Source of the DNA: a virus
Taxonomy: Duplodnaviria > Heunggongvirae > Uroviricota > Caudoviricetes
IMG/VR virus record: IMGVR_UViG_2937142334_000003
DNA: 64,000 nucleotides
Reading direction: 5' to 3' (one strand)
A program made the translations under genes and the position numbers. Of the stretch, positions 9,508 to 18,997 are shown one piece after another; the first letter of the stretch is position 1; each line of letters opens with the position of its first letter. A model generated the notes under the pieces. That model was not told where the DNA came from, did not search any database, and saw only the letters and a program-made list of their open reading frames with translations.

Positions 9508-9846
9508 ATGGATATTACTAAGACAAGAAAACAAGGAAATGCAGTTATGGTTACCGTTCCTAAAGCATTTAATGTTAGCGAGGGAACAAAGTTACGCCCA
9601 CGATTAACAGACAAAGGAATTTTCTATGAGTTCGTTAACGAAGACGATTTTTTTGACTTTGATGAGGATATTTTGAAAGATTTGGTAGCTCAAGGATATG
9701 AGGGTCAAAAGCTTATTAGCAAGTTTAAGGAAATGAAAAAAGATATACCTACTGCAATGGATAAATTGATTGATGCAGCAGAGAAAGAAGCTGCTAATAG
9801 CAATCCGATGAGTAGAGAGGAGTTTGAGAAGGAAATTGGCCTATAG
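9508..9846 (+). CDS. AbrB/MazE (SpoVT-AbrB fold) family antitoxin-like protein
   Basis: N-terminal RKQGNAVMVTVPKAF matches the looped-hinge-helix consensus (r.vGNS..vtIPke). Confidence 0.55.
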   Translation: MDITKTRKQGNAVMVTVPKAFNVSEGTKLRPRLTDKGIFYEFVNEDDFFDFDEDILKDLVAQGYEGQKLISKFKEMKKDIPTAMDKLIDAAEKEAANSNPMSREEFEKEIGL

Positions 9847-10129
9847 TGTTATCCCTACCAAACGAGTCTTGAAATATTTGAAGAAAATAAAAAATAGGCA
9901 ACTGAAAAAGAATTTTACCGCTACAATTTATGACACGATAGCAAACGATCCATATGTAGGAAATGAAAAGCATGGCGACTTAAGTAGCTATTTTGCTTAT
10001 GGATTTAAATACGATCGTGTTGATTATCGAGTTGCTTATACTATTAATGATAATGATGAAATTGTCATCGTAGTTTTAGCAGGCCCGCACGAGAATTTTT
10101 ATAAAGAATTGAAGAAAATAGTAAACTAA
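9836..10129 (+). CDS. RelE/ParE-family type II toxin (TTG start, MAYSVIPTKRVLKYLKK...)
   Basis: YDRVDYRVAYTINDNDEIVIVVLAGPHENFY matches the RelE/ParE C-terminal pattern. Overlaps the stop of the upstream antitoxin. Confidence 0.6.
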   Translation: MAYSVIPTKRVLKYLKKIKNRQLKKNFTATIYDTIANDPYVGNEKHGDLSSYFAYGFKYDRVDYRVAYTINDNDEIVIVVLAGPHENFYKELKKIVN

Positions 10130-10208
10130 TAAGCTCGTCACTTTACAATTTGTGATGGGCTTACATTGGTAAAACACGTCTTTTACAAAAGAAATTTTAA
10201 TCGAAGTT

Positions 10209-10269
10209 AAAAGACTTCATTTGAATTATGTTTAGCGAGTAAACTAGGCAGCATTCAAATGAAGTCTTT
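10209..10269 (+). terminator. 17-bp perfect inverted repeat (aaagacttcatttgaat ... attcaaatgaagtcttt) with 27-nt loop, followed by ttattaca
   Basis: Seen in sequence. Lies between two TA-like modules. Confidence 0.4.
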
Positions 10270-10362
10270 TATTACAAGGAGGGACTTGTTATTGTAAATA
10301 GTTTGATTAAATCACCTTATTTGAGTATAATATAATAAATTATAAGTACGAGGTGAGTTAAA

Positions 10363-10653
10363 ATGGGTATTAGCGTGAAGGACAAAAAGACACAGGCAAG
10401 AGTGCAAGCTAATGTTGATGCTGATGTCAAGGATATGGCAGAAAGCGTAATTAAAGCGGTTGGACTAACACCTACAGTAATAATTAATGGTCTTTATAGA
10501 AAAATTGCGACTACAGGAAAAATTCCTTTAGATTTTTCTCTAACTTCGGAACAAATGGCAGACTTACAACTTCAAAATGCTGTAAAAAAGTTACCAGTGA
10601 AGAAGTTAAGAACGAAGAAAGAAATAGAGGACTTTTTCAACGATGAAGATTAA
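10363..10653 (+). CDS. RelB/DinJ-family antitoxin-like protein
   Basis: RVQANVDADVKDMAESVIKAVGLTPTVIINGLYRKIATTGKIPLDF resembles the DinJ/RelB pattern (r.d..lK..A...l...Gls.s..i..l...v.....lPF). Confidence 0.5.
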   Translation: MGISVKDKKTQARVQANVDADVKDMAESVIKAVGLTPTVIINGLYRKIATTGKIPLDFSLTSEQMADLQLQNAVKKLPVKKLRTKKEIEDFFNDED

Positions 10654-10966
10654 CGAGATTTATACGGCTTATGTAGCATGGCAAAACGGTGGTAAACGTC
10701 GTCCTATACTTATTATTGAAACGGAAGAAAATAATTTTTCTTTCCTAAAAGTAACAAGTAAGTATAAGAACAAATCAGAGAAAATTAAAAAGCTTTATTA
10801 TCCTTTGCAAGACTGGAGAGATGAAGGTCTAAGAAAACAATCATATATTGATACGGGAGCTTTGTTAAGTATTTCAAGAAGTGAAGTATCGTTAAATTAC
10901 GTAGGCCGGTTAACCCGAAAAGATAAAAGTGGATTGACGAGATTTATTGAAAACCGTGATTGGTAA
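10643..10966 (+). CDS. putative toxin partner (MazF/PemK-like fold suggested by GGKRRPILII and a later GL.K.S motif). Assignment weak.
   Basis: 4-nt overlap with the upstream antitoxin. Size 107 aa. Confidence 0.35.
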   Translation: MKINEIYTAYVAWQNGGKRRPILIIETEENNFSFLKVTSKYKNKSEKIKKLYYPLQDWRDEGLRKQSYIDTGALLSISRSEVSLNYVGRLTRKDKSGLTRFIENRDW

Positions 10967-10996
10967 AACGAAGGCTTTATATATTTAGGAGGATTT

Positions 10997-11170
10997 ATGG
11001 ATAGCGTAGAAAAAACGAGATTAGAAAAAGATATTATGAGTGTTTTAAAAACACCTGCTGGAAATAAAGAAAAATTACAGGTAATTATGACTATCATTAA
11101 AGGACATGACAATAACCTGTTAAATAAAGTTGGTAATCAAATTGGTGTTGTACTTGATATGAATAAATAG
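10997..11170 (+). CDS. hypothetical small protein (57 aa)
   Basis: RBS ttaggagga. Below track cutoff. Minus-strand ORF 10897..11112 considered spurious. Confidence 0.35.
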   Translation: MDSVEKTRLEKDIMSVLKTPAGNKEKLQVIMTIIKGHDNNLLNKVGNQIGVVLDMNK

Positions 11171-11272
11171 ATCGGTTAGCTTAAAGTGAATATTAATAAG
11201 GTAGCGCTGTGAAGTAATTTTCATGGTGCTTTTTGATTTTAAAATTTAATTCAATACATGGAGGAATATGAA

Positions 11273-11383
11273 ATGAATTTAATTAATCGGATCGGTGAAG
11301 AATTAGGCTTTGCCTTTAATTTTGTAAAGGTCGGGTTATTGTTAACGTGCTTATTGGTAGCAATTGCAGATTTATTAATGTAG
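11273..11383 (+). CDS. 36-aa hydrophobic peptide (MNLINRIGEELGFAFNFVKVGLLLTCLLVAIADLLM)
   Basis: RBS ggaggaatatgaa. Confidence 0.3.
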   Translation: MNLINRIGEELGFAFNFVKVGLLLTCLLVAIADLLM

Positions 11384-11395
11384 GAGGGTAGAATT

Positions 11396-11746
11396 ATGAA
11401 TAGAGGAAGATTAATTCAAGAAGAATATAATTTTTTCGAGATTATGTGTAATGAATTGGGTGTACGAGGACAATTTGCTCATGATAACAATGGTTTGGAA
11501 TATATGGTAATAATTGCACCAAACGGAGCAATTAGAGCTGTTCCATGTCGAGTAGAATGGCTAGATTTTTTAACAGATGGACTTGATAGAAATGAGGCAA
11601 TCTATGAAATACGAAAAGATTTATTAACTAAGTTCATGTCAGGTGGCTGTGGAGTGGATACATCACCAACGGAGCTAACGTATAAAGATCGAAAATTTTT
11701 CAATGCATTTCGACAAGGTGTTTTGAAATTAATGGGAAGGATTTAG
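11396..11746 (+). CDS. hypothetical protein
   Basis: RBS gtaggaggg. Confidence 0.5.
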   Translation: MNRGRLIQEEYNFFEIMCNELGVRGQFAHDNNGLEYMVIIAPNGAIRAVPCRVEWLDFLTDGLDRNEAIYEIRKDLLTKFMSGGCGVDTSPTELTYKDRKFFNAFRQGVLKLMGRI

Positions 11747-11751
11747 AGAAA

Positions 11752-11880
11752 ATGCGATTCATTATATTTGATACAGTGGTACTATTTGTAGCGTTGATTG
11801 GCAGTATTATAGAGAAACGAAAAATTGATAAGCAAGAAAGAAAAAGGGGCGGTCGTCATTCAAAACGATCGTCTTTTTAG
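11752..11880 (+). CDS. 42-aa peptide with N-terminal TM segment and basic tail
   Basis: Immediately upstream of the mazF-like gene. Possible cognate antitoxin or small membrane protein. Confidence 0.3.
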   Translation: MRFIIFDTVVLFVALIGSIIEKRKIDKQERKRGGRHSKRSSF

Positions 11881-11898
11881 ATAACGGAGGTAAATATT

Positions 11899-12245
11899 AT
11901 GAGTAAAATTTTATATAAACAGGGAGACGTTCTTTATATGGACTTTAGTCCGGCGGTTGGTTTTGAAATGGATGGAAAACATCCAGCAGTAATTATTTCA
12001 AACGATAGATACAATCGCAATTCAGGCTATTTGATGGTTGTACCAATTACATCTGGGGGACTTATTTCAATGGTTACGTTAATTTGGTTGGGTACGAAAA
12101 AATTTATGGGCGAGTAAATGCTACACAGATTCATTGTTATTCTCGTGAAAGAGTGCGTTCTTTACCAATGGATAAATTACGACTAGAAGATTTCAACAAG
12201 GTTCAAAGACAACTTAGTAAAGTAATTAATGATTTTTGTATATAG
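11899..12245 (+). pseudogene. mazF: MazF/PemK-family toxin gene interrupted by a frameshift at a G5 tract (12055..12059)
   Basis: Frame 1 gives KQGDVLYMDFSPAVGFEMDGKHPAVIISNDRYNRNSGYLMVVPITS (classic MazF N-terminus) then stops. Frame 3 continues ...ATQIHCYSRERVRSLPMDKLRLEDFNKVQRQL, matching the MazF C-terminal pattern (EQIRTIDK.RL). Confidence 0.65.
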
Positions 12246-12362
12246 CGTTTTCAGCGAAAGAAATTTTTGGTAAAATAAAAGAGTTTTAAAACTAAATGGT
12301 CAATCGACGCAATTAGCTACGCTGATTGACCATTTTTGTGTAATTAGGAGGATATTTATATT

Positions 12363-13022
12363 ATGGAGACTTTAGCAACATTATTAGAATTGGTATTTTT
12401 AGTATCGTTTATTGTAGCGATTGTTTACGGTATTAAATGGTTCAAAAATAGGAATGATAAAGAGAATGACTTATTTAAGAAAAACAAGAAACGTTTTTGG
12501 ATTAGTATTGCTGTAGTTGTGATTTCCTTTATCCTTGGAGGAATGGCTCAGAGTAGCGCTGATGACGCCCAAGAACAGGAAGCTACAGCACAACAAGAAA
12601 AGAAAGATAAATCAAACTATAAGGATGATAAAGAAGAATTCGCCAACGAATACTTTGCACTTGGTCATAAGGTAGAAACGCTCTCTTCAAAAGAAGGAGA
12701 AGAATGGAATGACGCTATAGAAAATTCCGACGAAGATTTTGATGTAGATTCTGCTATTGATACTATTCAAAATAACCACACTGATGAAATAGACGATATT
12801 GATAGTAAACTTAGCGATCTTCATGACTTAGACCAGAAGATTCAGAAAAATGATTCGGTCGACGATTCAGATAAAGAGAAATTTCATAATGCATATTTAG
12901 ACGTAAAACATTTTGCCAACCATGCTACTAATATTAGTGGAAGCTACAATGATTTTATGGACGAACATAATGATTTAGATCGAAAGGTAGCTGACCATGT
13001 AGAAGAACTTCAAGACCTTTAA
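12363..13022 (+). CDS. membrane-anchored acidic protein (N-terminal TM)
   Basis: ORF track. RBS taggagga. Confidence 0.55.
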   Translation: METLATLLELVFLVSFIVAIVYGIKWFKNRNDKENDLFKKNKKRFWISIAVVVISFILGGMAQSSADDAQEQEATAQQEKKDKSNYKDDKEEFANEYFALGHKVETLSSKEGEEWNDAIENSDEDFDVDSAIDTIQNNHTDEIDDIDSKLSDLHDLDQKIQKNDSVDDSDKEKFHNAYLDVKHFANHATNISGSYNDFMDEHNDLDRKVADHVEELQDL

Positions 13023-13050
13023 TATAGTTAGCGATGGGAGAAAATTTACT

Positions 13051-13578
13051 ATGAAAAAATATTTTAGAATTCTAATTGCTGTTTTTGTGGGAATTGGCGT
13101 TATATCTATTTCTGGTAGTGTACACGCTATGACAACAAAAGACTTGTCGGGAAGAGTATATAAAGTATCGACAAATTTTGATGATGTAAATTTTGAACAA
13201 TATGTCTATTTTGATAATAAGGGGCATTGTGTTGTCGTAGGAGATCCCAGTGACCCAGATAACGACGATGCAAAAAGTGATCAACGGAAGATTAATAAAT
13301 TAATCTTAAATAAAAAATCAGCGAAGAAACAGTTTAAGGGTGCCGATAAATATAAAATAGAAGATAATGAATTTAAAACAGATGCTTCTATTTTCCCTAT
13401 GTTGCCAATGTTAGATAATCCTATAGAAATTGTGTCTGATAATATTGACAATATTACTGTTCGTTTCTTAAACAACAGTCCACGTGCTCGAATGTTGAGT
13501 GATGATGGGAATGGGATATATATGACATATTCAATGACTACAGCCGACCCATCAATGCAATATAGATTTCAGTGGTAA
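13051..13578 (+). CDS. secreted protein (signal peptide)
   Basis: ORF track. RBS gatgggag. Confidence 0.55.
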   Translation: MKKYFRILIAVFVGIGVISISGSVHAMTTKDLSGRVYKVSTNFDDVNFEQYVYFDNKGHCVVVGDPSDPDNDDAKSDQRKINKLILNKKSAKKQFKGADKYKIEDNEFKTDASIFPMLPMLDNPIEIVSDNIDNITVRFLNNSPRARMLSDDGNGIYMTYSMTTADPSMQYRFQW

Positions 13579-13647
13579 AGCGAACTAAATAAAATACAGT
13601 TTTTATAAAATTATATTAAAATGTTTATAGAATAAACATTAAAATTA

Positions 13648-13677
13648 CGGAGCTATATTATATGGCTCCGTTTTTTT
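13648..13677 (+). terminator. rho-independent terminator (cggagc-tatattatatg-gctccg-ttttttt)
   Basis: Seen in sequence. Confidence 0.7.
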
Positions 13678-13778
13678 AGTACCCTTATTCTATATAAGCT
13701 TATTAAAAATAAGTAAATTTCAACACCTCTAACATACCTATTTTATAGGAAAAATCAAACCTCCTAAATTAAACCGTA

Positions 13779-15160
13779 CTTTATAAAAACTGTATTTCTT
13801 TTCAGCGGTAGTACATTAAACCATAGTCACAAAAAGAAAGCGGTAATAATTAATGATTAAAGGAATTAAATTGCGACTATATCCCAATCAAATGCAACAA
13901 AACCTGTTATTTCAAATGTTTGGTAATACCCGCTTTGTATGGAATCAGATGTTAGCAATGGCTAAGGCAAGGTACAAAAATAATCCAAGTTCTCGATTTA
14001 TAGATGAATATGGTATGAATTACTTTCTTAAACCGTTAAAAGAAGAATATCCATTCTTGAAAAACAGTGATTCTACTAGTTTGCAAGTGACAAACCATAA
14101 CTTAGCTCAGGCCTTTAAAATGTTATTTCAACATAAAGGTGGTTATCCTCATTTTAAGAGTCGCAAGATCAGTAAGCAATCATATACGGGCCGCAATGGG
14201 TGTCGTGTAGAGGCAAAAAGGCGAATAAAATTGCCTAAAATTGGGAGCATACGTACTAGTAAGACTACGCATCTCATTGGTTGTAACATCAAGCGCTACA
14301 CCGTCACTTATGAACCGACTGGTCGTTACTATGTATCATTTCAGGTCGAAACTGAAATTAATCAGTTACCGAAAACAGGAGATGCAGTTGGTATAGATGT
14401 TGGGCTTGCGAACTTGGCGATTACTTCTGATGGTCAAAAATATGGTACTTTCGATGCCTGTTGGGTAGAAAAACAAGCACAAATATGGCAATCAAAGTTT
14501 AGTAAGCGTAAATATCGTGCGATGGTGGCAGTACGTCACTGGAATCATAATCATAAAGCCTTTCAGATGGAATTAAGTGACTATCAGAATTGGCAACGTG
14601 CGAGAATTCAAAAATCACGCTATCAAAAGAAAATAGTAGATAAACGAAAAGATTATTTGCATAAGGTAACAACAGATTTAGTTAAAAAATACGATGTGAT
14701 TGTCATTGAGGATTTGAAAATCAAGAATCTTCAAAAGAATCATCATTTGGCTAAATCAATTGCCAATGCGAGTTGGTATCAATTTAGGACCATGTTGGAA
14801 TATAAATGTGCGTGGTATGGAAAGAAGCTAATAACTGTTAAGCCAAACTATACTAGTCAAATTTGTAGTCAATGTGGCTATCACAGTGGTAAGAAACCAC
14901 TAGAAATTCGTGAGTGGATGTGTCCAAATTGTGGCACCCATCACGACCGAGATATTAATGCAGCAGTTAATATCTTGAAACAAGGATTAAAGCTAATTGG
15001 CTAGGGACTAGCCGTGGTAAAAGAATGAAGTTCTGTAAGTTAGGTATTCAGAATACTGATATAACATCCTAAATACTACTTCGTGTTCCCAGAAACATAC
15101 CGACTTTAGTTGATATGTAGTTCACAAAATCCGCATTTGTTATAAGAGATATGGAGGAAT
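13779..15160 (+). mobile_element. IS200/IS605-family tnpB-only element (IS1341-like). Boundaries approximate.
   Basis: Contains the tnpB gene. An 18-bp perfect IR (13592..13609 vs 13780..13797) brackets the upstream terminator region. tnpA absent. Confidence 0.5.
13853..15004 (+). CDS. tnpB: IS605-family TnpB (OrfB) RNA-guided nuclease-like protein
   Basis: N-terminal [28 protein letters not shown]. RuvC-like [22 protein letters not shown]. Zn finger CSQCGY..CPNCG. Confidence 0.85.
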   Translation: MIKGIKLRLYPNQMQQNLLFQMFGNTRFVWNQMLAMAKARYKNNPSSRFIDEYGMNYFLKPLKEEYPFLKNSDSTSLQVTNHNLAQAFKMLFQHKGGYPHFKSRKISKQSYTGRNGCRVEAKRRIKLPKIGSIRTSKTTHLIGCNIKRYTVTYEPTGRYYVSFQVETEINQLPKTGDAVGIDVGLANLAITSDGQKYGTFDACWVEKQAQIWQSKFSKRKYRAMVAVRHWNHNHKAFQMELSDYQNWQRARIQKSRYQKKIVDKRKDYLHKVTTDLVKKYDVIVIEDLKIKNLQKNHHLAKSIANASWYQFRTMLEYKCAWYGKKLITVKPNYTSQICSQCGYHSGKKPLEIREWMCPNCGTHHDRDINAAVNILKQGLKLIG

Positions 15161-15164
15161 CGAT

Positions 15165-16205
15165 ATGAGTGAAGAAATGATAAATGTATATCAAACTTGG
15201 ATTAATTCGTTGGCATCAGCAAATACAATTCATAAGTACACAAGCTCTGTAACATTGTTTAGTAATATGGTATTTAAGAAAAAACCAACAGAACTTTCCG
15301 AATTTGATTTAGTTCATTTGCGATACAGTGACGTATTGAATAAATTTGTTACACCACTTAAGGAAAATGATATTAAAGGCTCAACCATTAAGGGACATTT
15401 AATTGCGGTTAGATCTTTAATGAAGATGATTAAAAAAGAAGGTATTTATGATAAAGCCAATATTGACGATTTAAATAATTATGTGTTAACGGACAAAACG
15501 TTAAAAACTAATGACGTAAAGCATCATGAAGCAATCTCGTTAGAAGAATTAGATCAGTTTAAGGATTTCTTAACTAAAAGAAAATATCGTGATGACCAAG
15601 ATGGAATGATGGGTAAAAAATATGCTGAGTTAGTAGACTTTATGTTCAAAACTGGTATTCGTGTCACAGCTACATTCTCAATCAAATGGATAGATTTTCA
15701 ATTTATCGTTGCACATGACGGTACTCGTTTTGCTCGTTTAGATGTGATTGATAAGGGGCATAAGTTAAATACTAAATACCTTACATTAAGCTACTACCAA
15801 AATTTACATGATTTGCTCTTTACGGGTAGTGACGAAGAATTTGTTTTTGGCGAATTATCACATGAGTCGTTAAAAAATGCTTTTCGTGATTTCAGTAAGA
15901 AGATTAATCATAAGTTATCTCCTCACTCGTTACGTGCTGGCGCGGCCACGACACTTTACTACCAAACAAAGGATATTATGTTGGTAAAGGATTTTCTTGA
16001 TCATGAAAGCGTAGCAAATACAGAAAAATATATTCATAATCAAACAGATCCTACTATGACAGGTACGGCAATGCTTACCTCAGATTATGATTACTCAGAA
16101 ATTGATAACCTCTCTAAAGAACAATTACTAATGTTAATTCATTCACGTCCCGAAATTGAAAATGTAGTATATCGCGCCGGAAAAGATCATAAAGTATTAA
16201 AATAA
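15165..16205 (+). CDS. tyrosine recombinase / phage integrase family
   Basis: HSLRAGAATTL (H-x-x-R) and LDHESVANTEKYIH (catalytic Tyr box). Confidence 0.75.
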   Translation: MSEEMINVYQTWINSLASANTIHKYTSSVTLFSNMVFKKKPTELSEFDLVHLRYSDVLNKFVTPLKENDIKGSTIKGHLIAVRSLMKMIKKEGIYDKANIDDLNNYVLTDKTLKTNDVKHHEAISLEELDQFKDFLTKRKYRDDQDGMMGKKYAELVDFMFKTGIRVTATFSIKWIDFQFIVAHDGTRFARLDVIDKGHKLNTKYLTLSYYQNLHDLLFTGSDEEFVFGELSHESLKNAFRDFSKKINHKLSPHSLRAGAATTLYYQTKDIMLVKDFLDHESVANTEKYIHNQTDPTMTGTAMLTSDYDYSEIDNLSKEQLLMLIHSRPEIENVVYRAGKDHKVLK

Positions 16206-16384
16206 ACAAAATTATTCACTAATATCTCGTTCATTTGGGAGTAATGTCTATTCTGTTTATGTTAAGTTAAGAAAGTGTTAACATAACAACACAATTGTAT
16301 TCGATGTATGGATTTGAGTTGTAATTAAGGGTATAATACAATTGCTTAGATTGATTAGGAATAGGCATAATATAGAGGAATGAC

Positions 16385-17653
16385 ATGGAAAATAAGATAA
16401 TTTTAGACAGAATCGGTAATCTTAATAGGATAATTAATGATCTAGGGGAGAGAGATCAGAAAGAAATTAGTGAATTATTATTGTCGGTGGATTATAATTC
16501 AGAACAAATTGAAATTATATTTCACGTGTTTTTTAATAACTTCATGAATGATGAGTTAAATAAACGCCTTCAACTCCGAACATATCGAATTGGAAAATAT
16601 AGGTCTTTTAATCCTAAATATGAGATTGGGAATAACATAAAACAATTAGCATGGTATTACTATGCAGAACGGCACAACGAAGTAAGTGCAGCAAGTGCTA
16701 ATGCTGCGTTGACCGATGTGGAAACAATCGAAAAAAAGTATAACATTCCATTTTGGGAATTCAATAAAGTTCAGATAAAAGAGTTTCGTGAATATTTGCT
16801 TGAAGAGAAGAAACTTAATAAAAAGACGGTTGATAATAAATTAGGATATTGTCGTACCTTAGTGCGATCAATTAACGATTTGTTATCAAAATACAATGAC
16901 AAGAAGATAGCGATTGAAGATAATTGGGCTTTACACTCAAATAAATGGAAACCTAGAAAAGTACAACTGATTACGTATGATGAACTTATGGACAATTTTA
17001 TGCCAAAATCGTCAAGTCCAGAAAACTTAATTGCCCTACTTCTTTTTAAAGGTGTATATCTTGCCAGAGAAACGGAAGATAGCGAAATCGCTCGCATTAA
17101 GCTAAAGGACTTTAACGGAAATGAATTAACTGTCCATGGTAAATATGGTGATAGAATTGTTAAGTTTACTCCAAAAGAAATGGAGTGGATAAATTTAGGG
17201 ATAAAAGAAGTCAAGGTGAAGAATGCAGGAGGGGCTAGTCCTCAAACTGACAAATATTTTATACCTGTAACACAAGATTCTTATCTTTTTCGTAAATTAA
17301 AATTTATAAGTAATGAAGAAACTCCACTGGGACATTGGACTCTTAACAAGAGGCTTAATGAAGCATGGAAAATGGTATATGGCAAGGATTCAAAGATTAG
17401 TGCCAATAAATTAAGAACATCTGGAATACTTGACCTAGTTAATCGTAGGCTTATAGCTAAATACGGTACTCTACGACCAGAACATCAATCTGATGTAGTG
17501 ATCGAGATTATAAAAGTATTTGGTGAGGTTGGCGACTATTCAGAAAACGAGATTAAAGAGGCTATCTCTTCACAGAAGTCAGCAAATTCAATTTGGCATC
17601 GTGGGCTTATGTACTATCACGACAGAGAAAACTTAATGAAAGTAAAGCAGTAG
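16385..17653 (+). CDS. divergent tyrosine-recombinase-like protein (SAM-like N-domain, degenerate C-terminal boxes)
   Basis: KLGYCRTLVRSIND-type core-binding region. ANKLRTSGI...RRLIAKYG instead of HxLRH...Y. Confidence 0.35.
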   Translation: MENKIILDRIGNLNRIINDLGERDQKEISELLLSVDYNSEQIEIIFHVFFNNFMNDELNKRLQLRTYRIGKYRSFNPKYEIGNNIKQLAWYYYAERHNEVSAASANAALTDVETIEKKYNIPFWEFNKVQIKEFREYLLEEKKLNKKTVDNKLGYCRTLVRSINDLLSKYNDKKIAIEDNWALHSNKWKPRKVQLITYDELMDNFMPKSSSPENLIALLLFKGVYLARETEDSEIARIKLKDFNGNELTVHGKYGDRIVKFTPKEMEWINLGIKEVKVKNAGGASPQTDKYFIPVTQDSYLFRKLKFISNEETPLGHWTLNKRLNEAWKMVYGKDSKISANKLRTSGILDLVNRRLIAKYGTLRPEHQSDVVIEIIKVFGEVGDYSENEIKEAISSQKSANSIWHRGLMYYHDRENLMKVKQ

Positions 17654-17829
17654 TTAATTTAGCAGTATAACTACTGCTTTTTTAGTTTTCTTAAAAAAGT
17701 GTTACCGATAGGTGCAATTTTGTGACTTGCATATCTCTTTTTTGTTATGATAACTGAGCGTTATTAATCACAACGAAAATATTAATATCTATCAAAAAAG
17801 GAGGAGTATCTATCTTAAATATAGCCATT

Positions 17830-18405
17830 ATGGGTTCTAGTGGTGGTGCCGGTAAAGACACAGTAGCAAATTATATCAAAGATAATTTATTCAACGGCCG
17901 TGCCGTTAAACACGCATTAGGGGAACCTATTCATGAATTAGCTGAACAATTTGCTGGGGATAAGGTACAGCGTCATCATTTGCAAGATCTAGGAGAAAGT
18001 ATCAGAAGTATTTTTGGTCATGAAGCGTGGATCAATCTACTTGACGAAAAATATGGCGGTATTGACGTGCCATTAATAATTCCAGATATTCGCAAATTAT
18101 TAGAATATTCACACTACTGTATCGAAAAAGAGTTTAAGCCGTTATATGTGTATACTGACCCAGAAATTGCAAAAAAGAGACTAAAAGATCGAGATGGTGG
18201 TTATAACGAGGAAGATTTAGGTAAGAATATCGAACGGCAAATGGACTTCTTACAAGACTATGGTCGTAAACAATTCCCTAAGCGCTTCGTTACACAGTTA
18301 AATGCACCATATCCATTCGGCGAAATTTATGTTATTGATAACTCGGGTTCACTCCAAGATACATATCGACAATTAAATGAATGGTGGGAATTGATTCATG
18401 AGTAA
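17830..18405 (+). CDS. P-loop nucleotide kinase (dNMP-kinase-like)
   Basis: GSSGGAGKDT Walker A near N-terminus. True start may be a non-ATG codon a few codons upstream. Confidence 0.45.
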   Translation: MGSSGGAGKDTVANYIKDNLFNGRAVKHALGEPIHELAEQFAGDKVQRHHLQDLGESIRSIFGHEAWINLLDEKYGGIDVPLIIPDIRKLLEYSHYCIEKEFKPLYVYTDPEIAKKRLKDRDGGYNEEDLGKNIERQMDFLQDYGRKQFPKRFVTQLNAPYPFGEIYVIDNSGSLQDTYRQLNEWWELIHE

Positions 18406-18997
18406 TTTTACACACAAATACGACATAGAAGTTGGATTAGATTTAACTAAAATTCTTACTCCAGAAGCTATTCCTGGTATTAAAGCCTATTTAGGTGTCG
18501 ATAACGACAATGAACTTCTGAATGCTATCGCAGAAGATAGATACCAAAAGTTAGTCCAAGCATTACAAGAGGCTGGATTTGGAGTTATTCGCGCAGGATT
18601 CTCAAGAATTGAAGAGAAAGACCATGGTGAACAAAAGGATGCAAGCACGTCACCTTTAAATAAAGCTAAGGACCATAACGTTAGCAAAGAACAAAAAGGT
18701 GAGCAATTAAGTCTTGAAGAATTTAGTAATACACTGATCTCGCTTTTAAAGGGCGAACAAAAAAGGATCTCTGATAATGACGGAGAAATCATCAAGGTGG
18801 ATATTGACGCAGATTATATTAGTATTGCTCCAAACTTTGATGTTATCCGTAAAGAGGCTGGATTAAACAATGAAATAGAATTTAATTTTGAAGAGTTAAA
18901 TGATGGGGTAATACTAATCTCATATACAGATCCTGAAAAACAACAATTACAATTTAAGAAAATTTCCAAGGAGGAATTAGTTAATGCCAAAGGCTAA
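18398..18997 (+). CDS. hypothetical protein
   Basis: ORF track. Overlapping start/stop. Confidence 0.5.
   Translation: MSNFTHKYDIEVGLDLTKILTPEAIPGIKAYLGVDNDNELLNAIAEDRYQKLVQALQEAGFGVIRAGFSRIEEKDHGEQKDASTSPLNKAKDHNVSKEQKGEQLSLEEFSNTLISLLKGEQKRISDNDGEIIKVDIDADYISIAPNFDVIRKEAGLNNEIEFNFEELNDGVILISYTDPEKQQLQFKKISKEELVNAKG

Noticed and set aside
10897-11112. Minus-strand 71-aa ORF
   Set aside because: Overlaps two plus-strand genes in an otherwise exclusively plus-strand operon. The plus-strand small gene 10997..11170 has a proper RBS.
12118-12186. Reading 12118 ATG as start of an independent small gene after the MazF N-terminal ORF
   Set aside because: The downstream frame-3 sequence aligns to the MazF C-terminal half. 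A single frameshifted gene is more parsimonious.
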